Shown here in pieces: positions 14,752 to 27,554 of a stretch of DNA of 64,000 nt; within the stretch, counting starts at the first letter, position 1, and every line of letters begins with the position of its first letter. The DNA is from Octopus vulgaris (Eukaryota): NCBI GenBank assembly GCA_951406725.2, contig OX597815.1, positions 38,998,001-39,062,000 of the forward strand, written 5' to 3'. A program made the position numbers and the translations under genes. Under the pieces are notes generated by a model. It had not been told where the DNA came from. It ran no database searches and saw only the letters and a list, made by a program, of their open reading frames with translations.

Positions 14752-15239
14752 AGAGAGAGACAGACAGACAGACAGACATACAGACAGACAGACAGAGATA
14801 GCTATTCACACAAATTTAAGATCAATCTAATGCTACGTATATTATTGTATGGAGGGTCAACTCGGTCATAATTCAATATTTTCGCATGAGCTTATCGTTA
14901 CATTTTATATTGATTACAATTAGCGATGTTTTATATCTGACTTCAACAATAAATCATTTAGGTTCCCTTTTCCCTTTATGTCTTTAGCATTCGTTTTTGT
15001 AAGGAAAGCCAGATTCTGGAGATTTCACTTGCTATATAAAAAGAAGACAGAGCTAGTCAATTGGATCTTACTATACTCGGACTTTGACTACCTATATTTT
15101 CCTCACATTCTGGTTTGTCTTTATTTTGGTTTTGAACTTTATAGATCCTTATATTTATTACAAGCTTAGATCCTTATATTTATTACAGGCACACAAAAAA
15201 GTCTTTTTAATTAGATCAACTGCGAATGATCTTCCATAG

Positions 15240-15360
15240 TATAAATATTTCATCGTCACATTTCAACACACCCTGTTTATTTGTCATGATCGTAGAAGCG
15301 TGGTCGAACTCGGCATTTAACTGTTCATGACTTATTTCGATTTCCGAAAAGCTAAAACAG
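15240..15360 (+). promoter_or_regulatory. Possible first (5'UTR) exon or promoter region of the BIR gene
   Basis: Unique, relatively CpG-rich stretch ending in a CAG|GTAAAC donor-like site. The link to the BIR gene is only positional inference. Confidence 0.2.
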
Positions 15361-15469
15361 GTAAACAGTTTCTTCTAATTTATTTTATAAGCTAAAAAAG
15401 TTAGACAGTTAAAGTGAGAGAGTGAGTGAGAGAGAGAGAGAGAGAGAGATCAGTATTGCCGTTTATCTT

Positions 15470-15504
<35 letters not shown>

Positions 15505-15948
15505 TAGATAGATAGATTAATTATGACAGACAGACAGAATATGAGAACAAGCCGTCTTAATTTTTATTTTTTAAGTTTTTCCCTAATTTTTTCACTTTGG
15601 ATTTTTGATAAGATGTACTTACACATCGAAACCGGGAATGTTTTATAAAAGTCTCTTAATGTAACAAATATAACAATACTTCCGTACGATGATAGAAAAA
15701 AAAAAGTTAAAATAATCTTTAAACATACTTCCTTGTTGTCTCCATTTTTACTTTTCACCTTTAACTTATTGTCATATATAACTTATAAACATGGCATAAT
15801 TTAGAAACAGATTAAATTAGAAAAATGGACGAAACAGAGAACACAATTGAGAAAATTACAAAACAATTAACACAAATAAAGACAAAAAACAAACCCCTTT
15901 TCAGCTATATACATATATATATATATACACGCGCACACACACACACAC

Positions 15949-16021
<73 letters not shown>

Positions 16022-16552
16022 TACATAGGATCGTTTGTAGAAACACATAAATCCGGAGGAGGAGCACACCCTAAAATGTAGAGCAGTTAATATTATAATG
16101 GGGTAGGCCGAAAGACGTTCACCCAGAACAAAAAAAAAAAAAACCCAACCTGGGGGATAGAAACAAGTGTGTGGAAACTGAATATGAAAAACAAATGTGC
16201 GCTGACGACCCTGAGGGGTGGGAATGGGACTTTCGGAAAATTCACAAGATCCGATTTTTTCGTCATAAATTCGGGTAAAATGGATATATATTGAATAATA
16301 ATAATAATGAAATTATTGTATACAGTGCTCAGGTGCACCACAACTTGTCAGAAAGTGCGTATAAAGTATATATATATATATTGATTTTTATTTTTACGGA
16401 ATCCCACGTTTTTAGTTTTGGAAGATCCGATTCTGAAAAAAAAAAATCTCATTTTCAAAATTTTATTGTTATCGCAGTTTTGTGAGATTTGGCTGTTTTT
16501 TCTAGCATGTGGATAGCCTGCTTGAAGGCCTGAGGGTATTTCTTTTTTTTTT

Positions 16553-16914
16553 TCTTTTTACTCGTTTCAGTCATTTGACTGTGGCCATGCTGGAGCACCG
16601 CCTTTAATCGAGCAAATCGACCCCAGAGCTTATTCTATCGGTCCATTTTGCCGAACCGCTTGGTTACGGGTCATAAACACACCAGCATCGGCTGTCAAGC
16701 GATGCTGGAGGGACAAACACACACGCACACACACACACACATATATATACATATACATATACGACGGGCTTCCTCAAGTTTCCGTCTACCAAATCCACTC
16801 ACAAGGTTTTGGTCGGTCTGAGGCTATAGTAGAAGACACTTGCCCAAGGTGCCACACAGTGGGACTGAACCCAAGACTATGTGGCTGGTAAGCAAGCTAC
16901 TTACCACACAGCCA

Positions 16915-16918
<4 letters not shown>
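16553..16918 (-). mobile_element. SINE family B
   Basis: Reverse complement of the 14302 copy. Confidence 0.9.
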
Positions 16919-16984
<66 letters not shown>

Positions 16985-16987
<3 letters not shown>

Positions 16988-18090
16988 TCATCATCATCAT
17001 CATCATCATCGTTTAACGTCCGCTTTCCACGCTAGCACGGGTTGGACGGTTTGACCGGGTCTGGGAAGCCAGGGGCCGCACCAGGCTCCAGTCTGAATCT
17101 GGCAGAGTTTCTACGGCTGGATGCCCTTCCTAACGCCAACCACTCCGTGAGTGGAGTGGGTGCTTTGTACGTGCCACCTGCACAGGGGCCGGAGGGTCCG
17201 GCATCGTCACGATCGGTTCGAGCATTTTAACGTGTCAGCGGCACGGGGGCAACGAGGTCCGGGGTACTTTGGGGATCGGGGTACTTTGGGGATCCAGGGT
17301 ACTTTGGGGATCCGGGGTACTTAGAATGGGTAGGGGGTATGTGGAATTGCTGCAGAAAGCAGCCCGGGTCTTTGTAGTCACAGCATTTATCGTCACTGAG
17401 TAACGTAATTAGGTAGAGGAAAGAAATACAGATATTCTAGAGTTGAGTTGGGGAGGGGGGGGTCCAGTTGAGGCGGGTAATATAGGGGAATATAGGGGAG
17501 CAACCAGTGGGAAGGTTGGGGTAAGGAGGAACGATGGCAGGAAGGGTTGGTGTAGGTTCCTAAGAAATAAAAAACGTAGGATATTACGAGGCGGGAGGGT
17601 ACTAAAGGGGATGGTCGGAATGAGGCAGTGTCAGGAGGAAGCGTAAGATCGGTGGGCAGTTGATGAGCTATGGCGCTAGCAGCTTGTCTTTTCACAGTGA
17701 AAGCATATGAGGAGAAGGGGTAGTGGGGGGAGGAGGAGGGAGTAGGGCGTACCCGGTGTAGATGAGTAAGGCGTATCCGGTGTAGATGGTGAGAACAGGG
17801 TATACTGGTATTGGTGGTGGGGGTGAGAACAGTGTTCACCGGTATTGGTGGTGGTGGCGGTGAGAACAGTGTTCACCGGTATTGGTGGTGGGGGTGAGAA
17901 CAATGTTCATCGGTATTGGTGGTGGGGTGGGGGGCGGGCGCACCGCCACTGGCGGAAAGATGGGAAGAGATGGGATTACGGCTTGAGGCAGCCTAAGGTT
18001 AAATTTTGTAGAGAGAGAGATAGGAAAGATAAATCAAGTTATGGCGAAGGCTTGAAAGTAGCCTAAAAGGTTAAATTTTCGTAACAGTGT
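16985..18090 (-). mobile_element. Non-coding RTE-related retroposon with (ATG)n tail and internal minisatellites
   Basis: 16985-17230 is the reverse complement of the RTE 3' end at 21900-22095. Tandem ~17-bp units at 17258-17325 and ~34-bp units at 17790-17930. Confidence 0.65.
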
Positions 18091-18453
18091 ATGAATAAAC
18101 GTAGTAACAACAAATAAAATATATATATATATATATATATATAAAATAAATATAAGAGAGTGGTCACTATATGGCTCACTCTAGCACCAGTTAATCCAAA
18201 AGGTTTCAACCACAAAAATACATGTTTCCCATGAAAGTCAGTACGATTGTTAGCTCACACGGACAGGGCAAATAAAAAATAACAAAAATACAGATTATTT
18301 TGGGACAATTGTTTCGCTATTATATTTATTTTGTAAAAATATTGTAATATATTATAAAATATTATAATAATCCAGGTTTCTCGGAGCACTAGGCCACTTG
18401 GTGTTGAATAGATATACTATTAAATTAGTATCTAATTCTCTCACCCTTATTAA

Positions 18454-18740
<287 letters not shown>

Positions 18741-18847
18741 GTATTTAATCATGTCAAAGGAAAATGGAATTTAATTATAATTAAAACATTCAATCAAAAT
18801 TTACATTTCCAGTGGTCTAACTTGCAAAAAAAATTAGTCAAGAAGAC

Positions 18848-19015
18848 TATATATATAGTCATACGATATAGTGTATATTTAAACACATAAGAAATCCACT
18901 TATAGGGAATTCAACACACTAGAGAGAACAGCTGTTCTCTCTAGCGTGTTGAATTCCCTATAAGTGGATTTCTTATGTGTTTAAATATACACTATATCGT
19001 ATGACTATATATATA
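18848..19015. repeat. Near-perfect palindrome centred on CAGCTG, followed by tandem reiteration of its distal end
   Basis: 84-bp arms with one mismatch and no spacer. Unit AAATATACACTATATCGTATGACTATATA repeats to ~19115. Confidence 0.9.
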
Positions 19016-19116
19016 AATATACACTATATCGCATGACTATATATATATAAATATACACTATATCATATGACTATATATATAAATATACACTATATCGTAT
19101 GACTATATATATATAT

Positions 19117-22095
19117 AGCCAAATCGACTTACTAGCCAAATCGACTACATCCTTGCCAGAAAAAGGGAAAGATGGCTGCTTATAAATGCCAAAACCTTCC
19201 CAGGCGAAGAATGTACCCCACAACATAGACTGGTAGTTAGTGACTTTAGGATCAGGGCTAAGAGGACGACTAGAAGACAACCAACATGGAGAAGAAGGGT
19301 CTGGAAGCTTAAAGACCCTGCAAATGGACAGAGATTTAGAGACATGTTACTTGAAGCCTTCGACGAAATAGAAGTGGGTATAGCTACACATGGGGTAGAA
19401 GATAACTGGACGCTTCTAAGGGACAACCTGCTGAAAGTCACTGACCAGATCTGTGGCTGGTGCAAAGTCCCCTCAAGACCCAAAATAACGTGGCGGTGGA
19501 ACTATATTGTTGACAGGGCTATTAGACAAAAGAAACAGGCTTGGAAGGACTGGAAGAACGGTGGTAGCAGGGAAGTGTATCAGACTGCCAGAAGGGAAGC
19601 TAGGAGGCAGGTGTATTTAGCCAGAGGGGAAGCAAATAAGAAAAAATTTGCCAATGTTCTGCACCGTGAGGATGAAAGACTTGAGGTATTTCGTATTGCA
19701 AGACAGTGTGTGAGAGAAAATTGTGACATGGTAGGAGAGAAATGTGTTCGCAAGGATGATGGCTCACTTGCGCTAAATGAGGATGCAAAGAGAGAGGTTT
19801 GGAGACGCCACTATGAAAGGTTGCTGAATGAGGAAAATGAATGGGATAAAGAGAGTTTGCCGAATGTCAACCCAACAGAGGGACCAGCAATCCGAGTTGA
19901 CAGTTCCTTAGTAGTTAAGGCAATTACAAGCATGAAAACAGGGAAAGCCCCAGGCCCATCAGGAATTATTGCAGAGATGCTCAAAATATCTGGTAGTATT
20001 GGCTATGGCCTAGTCACCCGTATAGTTAACCAGGTGATACACGAAGGAGTCATACCCAATGACTGGTGTAGCAGTACAATAGTCAACTGCTACAAAGGTA
20101 AAGGTGACACTCTAGATACAAATAACTACAGGGGTATCAAGCTGCTGGATCAGGTAATGAAGGTCACGGAGAGGGTTATAGCCCAACTAATTAGAGAGAG
20201 AGTTAGCTTAGATGAGATGCAGTTTGGGTTCGTGCCAGGGAAAAGTACTACTGATGCTATATTCCTGGTAAGACAGCTGCAGGAGAAATACCTAGCCAAA
20301 GACAAGCCCCTGTACCTGGCTTTTGTTGATATGGAGAAAGCCTTCGACAGGGTCCCCCGATTCCTTATCTGGTGGTCAATGAGGAAACTAGGGATAGATG
20401 AATGGTTAGTGAGAGCTGTGCAAGCCATGTACAGAGACGCTGCTAGTAAAGTGAGGGTTGGCAACGAGTACAGTGAAGAATTCCGGGTAGAAGTTGGGGT
20501 TTACCAAGGTTCAGTCCTCAGTCCCCTCCTATTTATCATAGTCCTCCAGGCAATAACGAAGGAATTCAAGACAGGATGCCCCTGGGAGCTCCTCTATGCT
20601 GATGACCTTGCTCTAATTGCTGAGTCTCTATCAGAACTGGAGGAGAAGTTTCAGGTGTGGAAGCAAGGTTTAGAATCGAAGGGCCTTAGAATCAACCTAG
20701 CCAAAACCAAAGTCCTAATAAGTAGGAAAGTAGACCAATCACAAACGCCTTCAGGTAGATGGCTCTGCTCGATCTGTAAAAAAGGCGTAGGTAGAAACTC
20801 TATAAGGTGCACCAAGTGTAAGCTATGGACACATAAGAGGTGTAGTAATGTCAAAGGAAGACTAACTAGGAAAATAGTTTTTATCTGTGGCAGATGCTCA
20901 GGAGCAATAAACTCTGAAAATATGCAGAGACCAACTTCTACCACATTCCAGGGAGAAAAACTAGAAGTAGTTGATAGCTTCCGCTACCTAGGTGACCAAG
21001 TCAGTAGCGGGGGTGGGTGTGCTGAAAGTGTAACTGCTAGAATAAGAATAGCCTGGGCAAAGTTTAGAGAGCTCTTACCCCTGCTGGTGACAAAAGGCCT
21101 CTCGCTCAGAGTAAAAGGCAGGCTGTATGATGCATGTGTATGTACAGCCATGCTACATGGGCTGTGACTGCTGAGAATATGCGTAAGCTCGCAAGAAATG
21201 AAGCCAGTATGCTCCGATGGATGTGTAATATCAGTGTTCATAATCGACAGAGTGTAAGTACCTTGAGAGAAAAGTTGGACCTAAGAAGCATCAGTTGTGG
21301 TGTGCAAGAGAGACGTTTGCGCTGGTATGGTCATGTGATGAGAATGGCTGAAGATAGTTGTGTGCGAAAGTGCCACACCCTAGCAGTTGAGGGAACCTGT
21401 GGAAGAGGTAGACCCAGGAAAACCTGGGACGAGGTGGTGAAGCACGACCTTTGAACTTTAGGTCTCACCAAGGAAATGACTAGAGACCGAGACCTATGGA
21501 AGTATGCTGTGCGTGAGAAGACCCAGCAAGACCAGTGAGAACATAACCTGTGGCCTACATACCTTTTCTTCTTGGGACACAAAACTCCACTTGTGAAGAC
21601 CCGTTGAGATAAGTGAAAATCAAATCAAATCAAAATCAAAATCAAAATGAAACCAAATCAAATCAGATATCAGAAAGCAGAACCAAAATCGAAGTCGATC
21701 AACATCAATGGAAATTGCAGCTGTGGTTAAGCGAACCATCCGATTGTGGCCGTTGCCAGCACCGCCCTGACTGGCCTCCGTGCCGGTGGCACGTAAAAGC
21801 ACCATCCGTTCGTGTCCGTTGTCAGCCTTGCCTGGCCCCCTTGCCAGTGGCACGTAAAAGCACCATCCGTTCATGGCCGTTTGCCAGCTCCGTCTGGCAC
21901 CTGTGTGGGTGGCACGTAAAAAGCACCCACTTCACTCACGGAGTGGTTGGCATTAGGAAGGGCATCCAGCCGTAGAAACACTGCCAGATCAGACTGGGCC
22001 TGATGCAGCCTTCTGGCTTCACAGGCCCCAGTTGAACCGTCCAACCCATGCTAGCATGGAAAGCGGACGCTAAATGATGATGATGATGATGATGA
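19117..22095 (+). mobile_element. 5'-truncated RTE-clade LINE with near-intact RT, repeat-rich 3'UTR and (ATG)n tail
   Basis: Endonuclease end (SQIDYIL...QHRLVV), 607-aa ORF, frameshift at ~21160, premature TGA at 21452. 3'UTR has GGCACGTAAAAGCACC repeats and an (ATG)n tail. Confidence 0.95.
19344..21167 (+). CDS. RTE-clade reverse transcriptase ORF (partial) with an embedded C4HC3 PHD-type finger
   Basis: KAPGPSG, NYRGIKLL, QFGF, AFVDMEKAFD, QGSVLSPLLF, YADD (20595-20606), FRYLG. Finger CxxC..CxxC..HxxC..CxxC at ~20765-20897. Confidence 0.9.
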   Translation: MLLEAFDEIEVGIATHGVEDNWTLLRDNLLKVTDQICGWCKVPSRPKITWRWNYIVDRAIRQKKQAWKDWKNGGSREVYQTARREARRQVYLARGEANKKKFANVLHREDERLEVFRIARQCVRENCDMVGEKCVRKDDGSLALNEDAKREVWRRHYERLLNEENEWDKESLPNVNPTEGPAIRVDSSLVVKAITSMKTGKAPGPSGIIAEMLKISGSIGYGLVTRIVNQVIHEGVIPNDWCSSTIVNCYKGKGDTLDTNNYRGIKLLDQVMKVTERVIAQLIRERVSLDEMQFGFVPGKSTTDAIFLVRQLQEKYLAKDKPLYLAFVDMEKAFDRVPRFLIWWSMRKLGIDEWLVRAVQAMYRDAASKVRVGNEYSEEFRVEVGVYQGSVLSPLLFIIVLQAITKEFKTGCPWELLYADDLALIAESLSELEEKFQVWKQGLESKGLRINLAKTKVLISRKVDQSQTPSGRWLCSICKKGVGRNSIRCTKCKLWTHKRCSNVKGRLTRKIVFICGRCSGAINSENMQRPTSTTFQGEKLEVVDSFRYLGDQVSSGGGCAESVTARIRIAWAKFRELLPLLVTKGLSLRVKGRLYDACVCTAMLHGL

Positions 22096-23063
22096 TATAT
22101 ATTCTTTTATTTTGTTAAGAAGTTGAAATTTTACAAACAATTTTTTTTTCAGAATCGTAATCTTCGTATTTTCTACGTATTTTGCAAAAAAAAAAAAAAG
22201 AAAAATTCCGGAAAAAGTGAAAAGTGAAGAGGGTGGGTGGGATTGAAATTTTGAAAATATAATCTTTGGAAATTTTTTTTTTCAGAATCGGATCTCCATA
22301 AGCAAAAACATGGGATTCTGTAAAAAAAAATCAATATAGGAAAGACTTCCTCCCCTGCCCATTATTGCTTTTTTAAAATTTTTTTATTTGCCAAAAACCC
22401 ATGTTTTTGGATAGGAGATACCAAAAATTGCAAGAAATCGGAATTTTTAATTTTTGTCCCCCCCCCCCTTACTCCCTGCCAATTTCTTAATTTTTCACTT
22501 TCTTCTGTAACCCTAACCTTAAGACCTTAACCCTAAGTAGAAAAAGTTTTGGAAATTTTTTCAGAATCATAGTTTCCATATTTTTCTGCATATTTTGCCC
22601 CCAAACATTGTACAAAAGTTTTAGGAAATCTTTTTCAGAATCATAATCTCCATATTTTTCTGCAAATTTTGAAAAAAAAAAATTCTGAACAAAGTTAAAA
22701 ATGAAGAATTTAGCAGTGGGGGGATAAATTCAAAATGCCAATTTTTGCCAATTTTTTTGCAGATTCATAGTCTCTGTAGCCAAAAATGGGGGTTTGTGTA
22801 AAAAGAAAGAGGTGTTTTGGGGGTGGGGGTACAAAAGGAAGGCTTGCCATCAATATATATCCATTTTACCCTAAGTTATGATGGAAAAATCGGATCTTGT
22901 GAATTTTCTGAAAGTCCCCTCCCCATTCCACCCGAGAGTCGTCAGCGTGCATTTTTTTTTCATATTCGTTTTCCACACATTTGTTTGTACCACACATTTG
23001 TTTGTACCACACAGGCTGGGTTTTTTCCTTTGTTTCCAGGTGAAGGTCTTTATATTGACCAGC

Positions 23064-23249
23064 CAGTTTATGGAGTTAACCTGGGTTTCTCACTCACAAG
23101 GGGTTTAATCTTACAACGTATCTTCAGACCCAAAACACTGCAGTGTTTCATGTCTGAAGATACGCCTCCAAACACTGCATGAGCTTTGAAAATACTCTGT
23201 AAGGCTAAAAACCTTATGAGCGAGAAACCCAGGATAACCCCATAAACTG
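23064..23249. mobile_element. MITE (~185 bp) with imperfect inverted arms
   Basis: CAGTTTATGGAGTTAACCTGGGTTTCTCACTCACAAGG versus CCTTATGAGCGAGAAACCCAGGATAACCCCATAAACTG. Confidence 0.7.
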
Positions 23250-23263
23250 ACCTACCCCACTTT

Positions 23264-23297
<34 letters not shown>

Positions 23298-23370
23298 TAC
23301 CGGAGTAAACACATAAATGTGAAACAAGGTGGAAAAAAGAGTACTCAAATACCAGTGGTAGAGTAATATG

Positions 23371-23503
23371 CTTTATTTTAAGCAGCAGAAAATTCAACAA
23401 AATCTGTTACTCTGAGTTTCTCGTTGCCGTTCATCAGACGATGAACGGCAACGAGAAACTCAGAGTAACAGATTTTGTTGAATTTTCTGCTGCTTAAAAT
23501 AAA

Positions 23504-23504
<1 letters not shown>
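23371..23504. repeat. Perfect fold-back (65-bp arms, 4-nt spacer) containing a minimal hammerhead-ribozyme-like core; Penelope-like remnant
   Basis: Arms 23371-23435 and 23440-23504. The minus strand reads CTGATGA-ACGGCAACGA-GAAA-CTCAGAG-TA. Flanked by (TA)n. Confidence 0.8.
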
Positions 23505-23538
<34 letters not shown>

Positions 23539-23734
23539 GTAATATAGGTATCCATTTTATACAGCTCAACTGATTGGCACTCTGATAGAGCTTCAGGAAT
23601 ATAAAATTAAGGTACAATAAATAAATATAATTTGCCTGGGTGGCCAATAATGTTGCTATGACGGTGTTGTACATCTATAGTTAATGGATCCTTGCATGAA
23701 ACGAATTGCTAATGAAATGACTCCTAGCTGGTAG

Positions 23735-24108
23735 GCCAGCGCATTGTCCACCTTGATGCTTTGGGAACCAGACAAAAATTGTTGCAGCTCAGCTGGGATG
23801 TGTTACTCCACTCTCCATATTCACCAGATATTGCTCCTTCGGATTTCCACTTATTCAGGTCTCTGCAGAATAGTCTTAATGGTAAAAATTTTAATTCCTT
23901 GGATGATGTAAAATGATACCTTAATGAATTCTTTGCCATAAAACCACCTCAATTCTGAGAAGAGGGTATTTTCAAATTAAAGGAAAGATGGAGACGCACT
24001 GTGCAACAGAATGTTTCATATTTGGTTGATTAAAAATGTAATGGCAAATATTTATTGACCTTTTTCTTTCCTTTAAAAATTGGCACAAATTTTCCAGACA
24101 ACCCAATA
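23735..24108 (+). mobile_element. Mariner transposase 3' fragment with right TIR
   Basis: Translates WDVLLHSPYSPDIAPSDFHLFRSLQNSL (YSPDLAPxD motif) with stops. Ends ...GACAACCCAA|TA. Confidence 0.9.
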
Positions 24109-24280
24109 TATTACGTTTGCAGTTTAGGCTTGGATAAATTAACCCTTTTTTGCTTGCTGGACTCCCTACATTTCCCGCCCCCCCACACACACACACACTC
24201 TCCACCACCTTAAAATATCTTATTAATATAGTTGTGTAGACAGGAGTGGGAAAGGCAAATGAAAAGTAAGTGAAATATAT

Positions 24281-24507
24281 TTAACCCTTTAGTATTTAAA
24301 CCGGCCATATCTGGCCAAAATATTTAATCTGTTTTATGCTCAAACTGACCAGATCCAGGCTCTCACTCCTACCCTACAATGTTATTCTACATTAAGTAAT
24401 TACACCATCAAGATCTTGAAGATATGGGATAATGCATGATTAATTCAAATCAATGTGAATCAATAAGCATTATGTTTGATAGAATAATCTGAACACTAAA
24501 GGGTTAA
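24281..24507. mobile_element. TTAA-flanked MITE (piggyBac-like ends)
   Basis: TTAA|CCCTTT...AAAGGG|TTAA. An inverted homologue lies at 31879-32199. Confidence 0.8.
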
Positions 24508-25089
24508 GTACAAAGCAAAATAACTTTCAAACTGTCATACAGCTTAACAATCCTTTACAGTGAAGGAGGGAGAGAGAGTGACAGATAGACAGGCAGGCAG
24601 GCTGGCAGGGACAGACAGACAGGCAGACAGATGGAGATTGAATGAATGAATGAATGGACTGAATTATGAATGAACAATCAAAAATAACTGTCCTAGCAAA
24701 TAAGGTGAAGAACATAACTGGCTGTCATTGTCAGTTTTCAGATTATTTAAATAATAGCTATTTAATTGGCACTAATTATAGCTATTATTCTTAACCATTC
24801 TTTATATCTAGTTTCAAATAAATCGAGTGATCTTGTGCAAATAATTCATTAGCAATCATTAATCTTAAAACTGATCATTTGTAATCTTGCTCCACATTCA
24901 TTGATTAGGACATACTTGTGTTTCACTCTCTCAAATAAACCACCAAAGAAAACCATTGTCCTATGTTAACTCTTTAATGTATCTGTTATGCTAAAATGGA
25001 TTACATCACCCTTCGTACGATGTTGTTGCTATTGTTGTTTTGCTGTTTAACTATGAGCATTGGCATCAGAAGAGTTTGATGTCCCGCCT

Positions 25090-26464
25090 GCGAAATTTCT
25101 TTTCCCACAAGAGTTCAGGACCCCAGTAATGAACTCATTTGCATACAGCCAATCAAAGCTCAATTTGATCTTTTTGTCAAGTTAATAAAGGTTGGTATTC
25201 AAAATAGTAACCTCTGATTGCCATGTGAATCTTATATTGGCATCTCATGCAGATGCCAATATCATCGATACTGAACACATATGCTGGCATTGTGCTGACC
25301 ATGACGATGACTTCATTGAGTCGAATGATCAGAAAAATGAAAATGAAGGAACTGACTGTGAGGATATAAAAATTTTGGATAGCAAACACGATGATGTGAC
25401 AAATCCATGACTAGAAATTTTACACTTGCAATGCTCTCTTCAAAACCAATTTGAAACACGATAAAATTTTGGTACACGCAGTTGCACATCAAAATCAAGT
25501 GCTGAGGATGGAAGTGACCCAATAATCAATGGGCTAAACATAGCTTTTCTTGCTTTACAACAATGTTATGTTCAAGACAAAGAATTCCTTGGGGAATCAG
25601 TGAAACATTCACCAAGCAAGTTCTGGAACAGATACTGTGTTAGCTTCAATGCTTCACTGCTTTGGTTGGTGCTCTGGTGTGGCAAATGCTCTTGGCAAGA
25701 AAAAATGAAGATCTCTAGAGTAAAATTTTTCTTCCCACAAACGAAAATCTCTGGTCAGTGTGCAACCAACTGCAGCATCCAGGAGAAAGATGGTTGGTGG
25801 TGGCAGAAACTGCATTGGTGCTGGCAGACCATTGAAGGATTGTTTGAAAAGTGTGAAAGGAAAGGTGCCATTCAGCTCTTAGATTATGCCTAGACGCAAA
25901 GCTGAACATAACATTCATGAATGTGCTAAAAATAACCAATCTCTTGGTAAAACACACTCTACCATGTAAACTCAAGATGAAGAACAGTGTTGTAAGTCAA
26001 CCGATTGCCAAGTTATGCCTGATTCTAGAAGGAGACAAGTAATTAGATAGAATTACATCTATACCTATTATTGGATTTTGTTAGAGCCCCATGTGGTAAA
26101 GATGTGGATGGGAAAAATATGGGTAGAGGGTGATGTGCTAGCCACCTTCTCCCCTTAATGTTATAGAAAGTAAACAACAACACAAATAATTATGCAGAAG
26201 CAGCCATGATTGAAAGAAGAACAAGAACAACAAGCATTATTAATAGAGAAAAGAAGCATGGTCATTCCTTACCCAAGTGACCTTATCTTTTATTCTTAAT
26301 TACCCATAAAGGGCTTACAAAGAGGGACAATACAAGTGACCTTATCTTATCACCCATCACTTGTTATGCGCTCATAAATTAGTTTGATAGTTGAGCTCTA
26401 ATTGGCTGTATGCAAATGAGTTCATAACTGGGGTCCAGAACTCTTGTGGGAAAAAAAATTTCGC
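25090..26464 (+). mobile_element. Mutator-like (MULE) deletion derivative with 74-bp TIRs and 9-bp TSD
   Basis: TIRs at 25090-25163 and 26391-26464. Flanks GTCCCGCCT / GTCCCACCC. Internal decayed frame SVQPTAASRRK...GAGRPLK...HNIHECAKNN resembles animal MULE transposase C-termini. Confidence 0.75.
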
Positions 26465-26594
26465 GTCCCACCCTACTTAAGCTTACTCATTTTCTTTAAA
26501 AGGCATGTTTTTGTTAATGAAATTTTACAGAGTTACACTTTCAGGCATACCTTCAGAAGTCCACACACACACACACACAGACAACAACTTTTAT

Positions 26595-26958
26595 TCTTTT
26601 ACTCAATTTGGTCATTTGGACTGCAGCCATGCTGGAGCACTGCCTTCAAGGGTTTTTAATCGAACAAATCGACCCCAGGACTTATTTCTTAATCCTAGTA
26701 CTACTTATTCTGTCAGTCTCTTTTGCCGAACCACTAAGTAATGGAGGCATAAATGTACCAACACTGGTTGTCAAACGGTGATGGAGAAACAAACATAGAC
26801 ACACACATATATACGACCAGGCTTCTTTCAGTTTCAGTCTACCAAATCCACTCACTTTGGTTGGCTCTCAACTATAGTAGAAGACATTTGCCCAAGGTGC
26901 CACACAGTGGAACTGAACTGGGAAGCATGCTACTTGCCACACAGCCAAGCCTGCACCT
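26595..26958 (-). mobile_element. SINE family B (decayed)
   Basis: Homology to the 16553 copy. Confidence 0.8.
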
Positions 26959-27554
26959 ATACCTTCATGACTTTCAGAAAAACGGATGTTTTTCTATTAA
27001 GTTTTATTCAAATAACTTTCAGATGGTGTAGTTTATGAATATATAGGAATGTAATTAAAAACAACAAAAACAAAATAGGTGGATGCGCATACATCCATAT
27101 GAACACACTTCACAATATTTTTCAAAATATCAAGTTTCATTTTGTAGATATATGTGTGTCACTATGTAAATGTGCACCCACCATTTTTTTTTTTCCACAT
27201 TCAATTCCAACATAATCATAATGTACACCCTGTAGAAACCTTAACAGATCAGATCGGAGCCTGGTGCAGCCTCCTGGCTTGCCAGTCTTCAGTCAAACCA
27301 TCCTTCCCATGCCAGCATGAGAAGCAGACATTAAATGATGTCCTTTTTTTAAGAAGGTGGGGTATGATTTGAGGGAAATTTGGCTTCTATTTCTAGCATT
27401 ATGCAACAGTATTTGTAATCCTATATAGAGGTGCTGAAAAGTTCCTGGCTTTAAGGGTATTGCAAAGAGCCTAGTTGAAGGCCCAAACTTCCAAGTTCTT
27501 TTACAGGGTTAGGACAACTGAAGGACTGCTGCAATAAGTGTATGAATCTGAGAA

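Noticed and set aside
21730-21930. Spaced GGCACGTAAAAGCACC repeats resembling a CRISPR array
   Set aside because: Eukaryotic LINE 3'UTR tandem units; the spacers resemble each other and there are no cas genes.
25192-25410. 72-aa acidic ORF as an upstream BIR exon
   Set aside because: It lies inside the TIR/TSD-bounded Mutator-like element, so it is more likely a transposase remnant.
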